From Pyrodictium abyssi (lineage in GTDB: Archaea > Thermoproteota > Thermoprotei_A > Sulfolobales > Pyrodictiaceae), in contig NZ_AP028907.1 in NCBI RefSeq assembly GCF_036323395.1, positions 630,001-662,000 of the forward strand: DNA of 32,000 nt. The letters run 5' to 3'. The position numbers and the translations under genes were made by a program. Below, one piece after another: positions 26,015 to 32,000 of this stretch. Within the stretch, counting starts at the first letter, position 1. Each line of letters starts with the position of its first letter. The notes under the pieces were generated by a model. That model was not told the origin of the DNA. It did no database searches and saw only the letters and a program-made list of their open reading frames with translations.

Positions 26015-26764
26015 CTAGGGGGGCGCTGGATGCGCCGGCTGCTGGAGCACCATCTTGAGCAGCAGGCCTATGATGCCCAGGAGTATGGGCAGGTTGAACA
26101 CCACGAAGAGCTTCGCGAGGAGGTCTAGCTTCGCCTCAACCCTCGCCAGCCTCTCCTCTAGCCGGGAGACCTCCCGGCGTAGCTCCTCCTTCGTGGCCAG
26201 CCTGGCTATCTCCGCCCGTAGCTCCTCCCGTGTCGCCATCCTCTCCAGCTTCTCTTCTAGCCTCGCTATCTCTCTCTGTAGCTCCTCCCGGGCGGCCATC
26301 CTCTGCTCTATCCCCTCTAGCCTCTCCTCTAGCCGGCGTATCTCCCCGCGTAGCTCATCCCTCACAGCGTAGAGCTCCTCCCTGGTTGCTAGGGCCCGTG
26401 TCTTTTCCTCGAGCTGGCTCCGGGTGGCGAGCCTCTTCATCCCCTCCTCAAGCCGGGCCACCTCCGCCCGTAGCTCTTCGCGGGTAGCGAGCTTCCCTAT
26501 TTCCCCGCGTAGCTTTTCTAGCTCCTCCTTGGTGGCTAGGGCCTTCACCTCGCCCCGGAGCGTCTCCACGCGCTCCTCTACAGCGTGTATCCTCTCCCCG
26601 AGCCTCACCAGCTCCTCTCTGACCCCGGCCACGTCGCGGCGCAGAAGCTCCACGTCGCCCCGGGTCGCCGACTCCCGGGCAACCGCGAGCAGTAGCGCCC
26701 GCCGGAGCCGCCGGTCCCCGAGAAGCTTCTCAACCACAGCGTCCACGTCTACAGGCTGGGACAA
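26015..26764 (-). CDS. Coiled-coil protein with C-terminal transmembrane helix, paralog of 23663..24334
   Basis: 249 aa; LATREELYAVRDELRGEIRRLEERLEGIEQRMAAREELQREIARLEEKL; tail LAKLFVVFNLPILLGIIGLLLKMVL. Confidence 0.78.
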   Translation of the reverse strand: MSQPVDVDAVVEKLLGDRRLRRALLLAVARESATRGDVELLRRDVAGVREELVRLGERIHAVEERVETLRGEVKALATKEELEKLRGEIGKLATREELRAEVARLEEGMKRLATRSQLEEKTRALATREELYAVRDELRGEIRRLEERLEGIEQRMAAREELQREIARLEEKLERMATREELRAEIARLATKEELRREVSRLEERLARVEAKLDLLAKLFVVFNLPILLGIIGLLLKMVLQQPAHPAPP

Positions 26765-26810
26765 GAGAAGGCCCTAGAAGAGGGTACGCGGCGGACGGCG
26801 CTATAAAGGG

Positions 26811-28547
26811 TTACGAGCCTATGGGCTGAAGGGTGGACCCCGTGCTGCCCTGCAGCTCCTCTACGAGTATGCTGCGTAGCTGTGCTCGTAGCTTCTTCTT
26901 GTCTATCTTGCCGACGCTTGTCCTCGGGAGCTCCCTGACTAGTACCACCTTGTCGGGTAGCCACCACTTGGGTATGGCTCCTTTCTCCACGTAGTTCTCC
27001 ATGAGGTAGCGCCTTATCTCCTCGGTTGTGGGCTCATCCTTGCAGCCGGGCTTGGGGACTATTGCTGCTACTGGGCGTTCCTGCCACTTGGGGTGATAGG
27101 CTGCCACGACTGCTACCTCTGCTACGCAGGGGTGCCTGCTTATCGCGTCCTCTAGCCTGGTGGAGCTTATCCACTCGCCGCCGCTCTTGATTATGTCCTT
27201 CTCGCGGTCTACTATCTCTATGCTGCCGTCGGGGTGCCAGACGGCTATGTCGCCGGTGTGGAACCAGCCGCCGCGCCACGCTTTCTCGGTCTTCTCGGGG
27301 TCCATGTAGTACTCGGGCGTCACCCAGGGCGCCCGGACGACCACCTCGCCCATTGTCTTGCCGTCGCGGGGCACGGGGTTCATGTCCTCGTCCACCACCC
27401 GTACCTCCACGAGGGGAACTGGCCAGCCGGTGCGGAGCGCGTAGTCGAGCCACCGCTCCCCGGCGTCGCTTAGCCCCGCGTGCGGCAGGGCTAGGGTGAG
27501 CACCGGGGCTGTCTCGGTCATGCCGTAGCCCACGATCACCCGTATCCCGCGGCGTGTCGCCTGCTCTGCGAGGCCGCGGGGGAGCGCTGAGCCGCCGTTG
27601 ATGAAGGTGAGCCGGCTGAGGTCGTAGCGCTCGGAGTCGGGGTGGCTGAGCAGCATGTAGAGAATGGTAGGCACACCGGCTGTTAGCGTGACCTGCTCCT
27701 CGTCTATGAGGCGTAGGAGCACGCCGGGGTCGAGCTTGTTGGGGAAGACCTGGCGCATGCCTACGAGGGTCGCTAGGTAGGGGAGCCCCCAGCTGTACAC
27801 GTGGAACATGGGGACTATGTGGAGTATCGTGTCCCCGCTGCTTATCCGGAACCAAGGCGACGCCGTGGCGAGGTGGAGCGCGGCACTCATCACGTGGAGC
27901 ACTATCATCCGGTGGCTGTGGTAGGCCCCCTTCGGGAGCCCCGTGGTCCCGCTAGTGTAGCCCATCGCGGCGGGCTGGTTCTCGTCCAGCTCGGGCCACT
28001 CGTAGCCGCCCCGGTGCTCCCTCACGAGGTCCTCGTAGTTGTAGACGGGGCGGCCTGCTAGCCGGTCTGGGTGCGACTCCGCGTCCACGACCACTACGGC
28101 CCGGAGCTGGTCCAGATGCGGGGCCACGGCCTCGATGAGGGGCAGGAAGTCCCGGTGGACTATGGCTACACGGTCCCCCGCCTGCCCCATTATGTAGGCT
28201 ATCTCGCTGGGCGCGAGCCGTATGTTGACCGGGTGCAGCACAGCCCCCATCATGGGGACCGCTAGGTAGGCCTCGTAGTGCCAGTGCGTGTTCCAGTCGA
28301 GCGTGGCCACGGGGTCGAGGCGGCCCACTCCAAGCGCCTCTAGGGCGGCTGCGAGGGCCTTCATCCTCTCCGCGGCCCGGGAGAACGTGTACCTCTCCAC
28401 GCCGCGGCTGGTGCGGTAGACTATCTCCACCCCGGGGAAGAGGCTCAGCGCGCGCTCGTAGAATGCTCGGAGGGTGAGGCTGTGGCCGGGCCTCCAGGGT
28501 ACGCGTTCGGGGAGCCCCGGGAAGGCGGACCACCAGAATCCCACCAC
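26811..28547 (-). CDS. AMP-dependent acyl-CoA synthetase (medium/long-chain fatty-acid-CoA ligase-like)
   Basis: 578 aa; GYTSGTTGLPKGAYHSH, YGMTETAPVLT, GWFHTGDIAVWHPDGSIEIVDREKDIIKSGGEWISS, LPRTSVGKIDKKKLR. Confidence 0.95.
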   Translation of the reverse strand: MVGFWWSAFPGLPERVPWRPGHSLTLRAFYERALSLFPGVEIVYRTSRGVERYTFSRAAERMKALAAALEALGVGRLDPVATLDWNTHWHYEAYLAVPMMGAVLHPVNIRLAPSEIAYIMGQAGDRVAIVHRDFLPLIEAVAPHLDQLRAVVVVDAESHPDRLAGRPVYNYEDLVREHRGGYEWPELDENQPAAMGYTSGTTGLPKGAYHSHRMIVLHVMSAALHLATASPWFRISSGDTILHIVPMFHVYSWGLPYLATLVGMRQVFPNKLDPGVLLRLIDEEQVTLTAGVPTILYMLLSHPDSERYDLSRLTFINGGSALPRGLAEQATRRGIRVIVGYGMTETAPVLTLALPHAGLSDAGERWLDYALRTGWPVPLVEVRVVDEDMNPVPRDGKTMGEVVVRAPWVTPEYYMDPEKTEKAWRGGWFHTGDIAVWHPDGSIEIVDREKDIIKSGGEWISSTRLEDAISRHPCVAEVAVVAAYHPKWQERPVAAIVPKPGCKDEPTTEEIRRYLMENYVEKGAIPKWWLPDKVVLVRELPRTSVGKIDKKKLRAQLRSILVEELQGSTGSTLQPIGS

Positions 28548-28647
28548 GCTACGGCGATACTATTTAACGCTTCCATACCACTGTATCGAGCACGACAGAA
28601 AGCTCTAGAGGACGGTGGAACAGTGTAGCCGGGGCATAGCCCCGGGG

Positions 28648-29691
28648 CTAGAGTATGGAGGAGAGGGTGTAGCTGGGCATGTGCCGCTTCTCGCCCGGGT
28701 CTACGACGAATATGTGGTAGAAGGCCTCCACTATGTCGTCGCCTAGGCCGCGCCAGAGCTTGCTGAGCTCGAGGTACTCCTGCTGGTCCAGGTAGCCCTG
28801 GTCAGCCATGCTCAGCGGGGGCCAGCCGCCGGGGTAGCCGCGCTCCGCCTCGGCCTCGACGATCTCGCGCCAGTGGCCACCGGTGAGCATGGGGAGGCCG
28901 TGGAACGGGCTAAGCCCCGTGTAGACGATCGCTACGAGCTGTAGCCCGTACCAGGTCGGGGCCCAGGCTATCCAGGAGAGGACGGGCCGGGGCAGCTGGG
29001 AGACTATGAGGGGTATGGGGAGCTCGCCGGGGTCCGGGGGCTCGAGCTCTACGCCTATCTCGCTGAGGGCCTCGACGGGGAGGAGGTGTGCGTCGCGGGC
29101 GGGTAGGACTGTGAGCGGGTAGTCCTCCGAGCCTATTATCCCCGCGGTCTCGTAGTCGTAGAGGAAGACCCCGGTGACCCCGTCCACGGTCCCGTAGGCC
29201 GCGTTAGCCGTGGTCGTGTCTACGTGGGCTATGTCGGCGGCGTCTAGGCATGCGAGGCCTCTTAGCACCTCGCGGGCGAACTCCCTCCTCTCCTCGTCGC
29301 TGTGCTTCTCCAGGTACTCGCCGAGCAGCTCCGGGTCGTTGATCAGCTCCGAGACAGTGGTGAAGCCCTCTAGCTCGCGGAAGACTAGCACCGCGCGGTC
29401 CTCTAGCGCGCCCACCGCTACGGGTAGGCCGCGGAGCCGGAGGCTGTCCGGGAGCACGCGGCCGCACTTGCGGCGGAGCCTGGTGAGCCGGCGGAGCATT
29501 TCGGCTATACGCTCTATGGGCTTGGCCAGACCCGTGTACTTGGGCGTGTAGACCTTGAGGATGTAGCTCTTGCCGCCGCGGAGCCGGGCCCGGTATATGT
29601 CGGCCTCGCCGCCGCTGTCGAGGAGCTCCCACTCGCCGCTACTAGTGTCCACGACCCAGCCGTCGTAGAAGACCAGGGTGACCTTGCTCAT
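28648..29691 (-). CDS. Protein-kinase-fold protein
   Basis: ORF 28648..29775; likely ATG at 29691 (MSKVTLVFYDGW...). LLDSGGEADIYRARLRGGKSYILKVY (Gly loop/Lys), HVDTTTANAAYG (HxDxxxxN) and FLYDYE in the DFG position. Confidence 0.75.
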   Translation of the reverse strand: MSKVTLVFYDGWVVDTSSGEWELLDSGGEADIYRARLRGGKSYILKVYTPKYTGLAKPIERIAEMLRRLTRLRRKCGRVLPDSLRLRGLPVAVGALEDRAVLVFRELEGFTTVSELINDPELLGEYLEKHSDEERREFAREVLRGLACLDAADIAHVDTTTANAAYGTVDGVTGVFLYDYETAGIIGSEDYPLTVLPARDAHLLPVEALSEIGVELEPPDPGELPIPLIVSQLPRPVLSWIAWAPTWYGLQLVAIVYTGLSPFHGLPMLTGGHWREIVEAEAERGYPGGWPPLSMADQGYLDQQEYLELSKLWRGLGDDIVEAFYHIFVVDPGEKRHMPSYTLSSIL

Positions 29692-29717
29692 GGGGCGCCG
29701 CTCCTCCCTCCGCGGGC

Positions 29718-30509
29718 CTAGACCGTGGCTGTCTCGCTCAGCCTCTCGACGAACCTGCGCACAGCCTCCTCCCACTCGCGGGATATCCTGTCGTCCGCCG
29801 GCGCGTCGATGAACATCTTCTCGTGGTACGGCGGGTCCACGAGGTCTATGAGGCCGCGCTCCTCTAGGACCCGGCGCTGGGCCTCCCGGAGGAAGCTCGC
29901 TATGTCGCGCAGCGTCTCCCGGTCCGCGTCCTGGCCCAGGGCTATGGTTGCTAGGCCTATACGGTTCCTCTCGTGAAGCCTCCTCATCCTCTCCGCCAGG
30001 TCCATGGTTATCTTCTCCGCAGCCGCCACCACGTCGTCGACGCTCCTCTTGGTCTCCTTGCCGTCGGTGAAGAGGAATATGGTGCCGTACTTCTCCGGCG
30101 GCAGCGTCAGCTGGTTCACGTAGCGCTCCACCACGGAGGCGGCCGCCTCAAGCGCGTCGGCCATAGCGGTCATGCCGTAGGGCCGGTTCCTCTCGAGGCT
30201 CTGGCGGAACACCTCCAGGGCAACGTTCCGGGGGGACACGGGGAAGTAGACGCGGCCATCCTGCTCGACTATCTCCACGTCGTCGCTGTACCAGACGAAG
30301 CCAACCTGGAACGCGGGAGCCATCCTGCTGCGGCCGAGCCTCCGGAGAAGCATCTCCACGAGGTCTGCGAGGTGGAACCACTTCCCCCGGTAGTCGTAGG
30401 TCTTGGGCTCCATCATGCTAAGGGAGCGGTCTAGGATGAAGACGACCAGGACTGTGTAGCTGAGCGGGCGCCTACGCAGCAGCTGCAGCGCGAAAGACCG
30501 TGACACCAT
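29718..30509 (-). CDS. von Willebrand factor A (vWA) domain protein
   Basis: 263 aa; VVFILDRSLSM (MIDAS DxSxS), PYGMTAMADALEAA, GTIFLFTDGKE. Confidence 0.88.
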   Translation of the reverse strand: MVSRSFALQLLRRRPLSYTVLVVFILDRSLSMMEPKTYDYRGKWFHLADLVEMLLRRLGRSRMAPAFQVGFVWYSDDVEIVEQDGRVYFPVSPRNVALEVFRQSLERNRPYGMTAMADALEAAASVVERYVNQLTLPPEKYGTIFLFTDGKETKRSVDDVVAAAEKITMDLAERMRRLHERNRIGLATIALGQDADRETLRDIASFLREAQRRVLEERGLIDLVDPPYHEKMFIDAPADDRISREWEEAVRRFVERLSETATV

Positions 30510-30569
30510 GACCAGCCTCCACGAGTTCTACGGGTGGGTGCTCCCGGGGCCGCGCGGGCAGCGCGAGGG

Positions 30570-31376
30570 CTAGGAGGCTTCCTCCCCGAGGCCTGTAGCC
30601 TCGCCCTCTCCCCCCGCACGCTGTAGCAGTGTTACCACAGATATACTACCCGCTATATTAGCTACTACAAGACCCTTATCACTCGATACTACCAGCCGCG
30701 CAACGTCGCCGCCGCCCACCGCGTCTAGGGCCTCGACTAGCCGGGCAAAGGCGTCGGAGAGGGCCCGGGCGAACACGACAGCCTCCTCCTCCTTGAGGCC
30801 CTCAGAGTCCAGCACACTGCCCTTGGAGAGGTCTATCGCTACGCTGCGTAGCCTACCGGTTAGCCGCGCCCCGCCGCCCTGAGCCAGGTTCACGAGCTCG
30901 AGGAGCTCGACGAAGTAGTCCCCTAGCTTGCCCCCGGGGACACGGGGCTGGAGGGTGGCGGGGAACACGCTCACCAGGGAGACTATGATACGGTTTATGA
31001 TGCGTGAGAGGGCTTCGCCCCCGTACTCCTCTATGAGCTTGCCCTCCGCCTCCGCCTCCAGGTAGAGGCGGCAGCCGCTCCCACGCGTGACCCCAGTAGC
31101 CCGGACCACGCCGTGCATGTCGCCGCGGAGGATGAACTCCACCCTGTCTATCCCGGCGCTCGTCTCCACCTCTACGCGCAGGCTGTCGTACTGAGAGGAC
31201 GCGAAGGTGAGCACTATTATCCCGCGGCGCTCGCCTTTGCCGGTGAGCCGCGCAGCCCCGGCCACGAAGGACGCTGGGTCGCGGGCGGCGAGCAGCCGTA
31301 TCACCCTATCGCAGGGAGCCGCTACGTCGAGGACAGCACTCCTCTTTACAGTGGCCAAGGCCTTGGAGCCCAACAA
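30570..31376 (-). CDS. Hypothetical protein; possible SRPBCC/CoxG-like N-domain plus roadblock/LC7-like C-domain
   Basis: 268 aa; KRSAVLDVAAPCDRVIRLLA...ASFVAGAARLTGKGERRG resembles SRPBCC; VVFARALSDAFARLVEALDAVGGGDVARLVVSSDKGLVVANIAG resembles roadblock/LC7. Domain calls are tentative. Confidence 0.5.
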   Translation of the reverse strand: MLGSKALATVKRSAVLDVAAPCDRVIRLLAARDPASFVAGAARLTGKGERRGIIVLTFASSQYDSLRVEVETSAGIDRVEFILRGDMHGVVRATGVTRGSGCRLYLEAEAEGKLIEEYGGEALSRIINRIIVSLVSVFPATLQPRVPGGKLGDYFVELLELVNLAQGGGARLTGRLRSVAIDLSKGSVLDSEGLKEEEAVVFARALSDAFARLVEALDAVGGGDVARLVVSSDKGLVVANIAGSISVVTLLQRAGGEGEATGLGEEAS

Positions 31377-31537
31377 ACCAATTCCCCATGTATAGGATTA
31401 ATATGTCTTGCCACAGGCCCCTGGCGCAGCCGCCCTCCCGGGAGAGCAGAGGAGGACGCGCCAAAGCCTGGATGGAGAGGCGCCACGCAGGGGAGAAAAC
31501 GGGGATACGCCACCATCTAGGCCGGGGTGCTAGCGCG

Positions 31538-32000
31538 CTACTTCTTCTTGCGCCTTACGCCTCCCTGGCGTGACAGCAGCATCAGCCCGCCCACCGCTAT
31601 CAACGCTATCACGAGCGCGGCCATAGCCGGGCGGCTGCCGAGCCGAGGCCCCTCCGCCGTGCCGGCCGCTGGCTGTGTAGCCGTAGCCGGTGCCCCCGCC
31701 GAAGCCGCAGTACGAGTGCCCGCCGCGCTAGCCGGTGCCGTCGCGTTACACTCGCCGGCGACTGTAACGGTTCTAGTTTTCTCAAGGGTCTCCGTCACAG
31801 TCACCTCCCTGGTGACAGTCACGGTCTTGACTAGCACCGGCGTCACTACCTTCTGCTCGGGCTTGAAGAACTTGGCTATTACGACGCCGGCGGCGACAAG
31901 GTTGTCTACGCGTATCTCCGATGTCGTCCTTCCCTCCTGGCCGCCGTAGTATATCGAGATGTAGGGGACTGCTCGTAGCCGGACTAGCGTACGGTCCTGG
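31538..32000 (-). CDS. C-terminal part of a secreted or surface protein with Thr/Val linker and C-terminal TM anchor; runs off the window
   Basis: Same frame stays open to the window edge: ...LVRLRAVPYISIYYGGQEGRTTSEIRVDNLVAAGVVIAKFFKPEQKVVTPVLVKTVTVTREVTVTETLEKTRTVTV...MAALVIALIAVGGLMLLSRQGGVRRKKK. Confidence 0.7.
   Translation of the reverse strand, partial: QDRTLVRLRAVPYISIYYGGQEGRTTSEIRVDNLVAAGVVIAKFFKPEQKVVTPVLVKTVTVTREVTVTETLEKTRTVTVAGECNATAPASAAGTRTAASAGAPATATQPAAGTAEGPRLGSRPAMAALVIALIAVGGLMLLSRQGGVRRKKK

Noticed and set aside
27034-27855. 273-aa and 193-aa (27952..28533) minus-strand ORFs
   Set aside because: Out-of-frame translations of the acyl-CoA synthetase CDS; no recognisable domains.
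1-32000. CRISPR array or cas genes, transposase/IS ends, rRNA
   Set aside because: No regular short direct repeats with spacers, no Cas-like or transposase motifs, no rRNA signature seen on manual reading.

Overview
High-GC crenarchaeal chromosome segment. Several ORFs match the secreted cannula (CanA-type) proteins of Pyrodictium, so I infer a Pyrodictium-like host. From left to right: (1) a branched-chain amino-acid/amide ABC transporter block, livH-livM-livG-livF, followed by hydantoinase/oxoprolinase subunits hyuA-hyuB; (2) an SIS-domain sugar-phosphate isomerase, a PaREP1-like protein and tRNA-Ile(GAT); (3) an accessory region of about 10.8-25.7 kb centred on a cannula protein family: one CanA-like ORF, one short form, one enlarged 389-aa form, one decayed copy, and a divergent member with a Thr-rich linker and a Cys-rich C-terminal domain; (4) interleaved with these, a membrane-linked AAA ATPase, signal peptidase I, two small secreted/anchored paralogs, a nucleotidyltransferase and a ~1260-aa beta-helix/PKD surface protein whose membrane anchor lies in another frame behind a 7-G run; (5) a PP2C phosphatase, repetitive coiled-coil proteins (one with a PD-(D/E)XK-like domain), an acyl-CoA synthetase, a kinase-fold protein, a vWA protein and an SRPBCC/roadblock-like protein. 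The strongest candidates for undescribed biology are the expanded cannula family with its Cys-rich member, and the dispersed kinase/vWA/PP2C module. No database search was possible; all homology calls come from recognised motifs and need confirmation.
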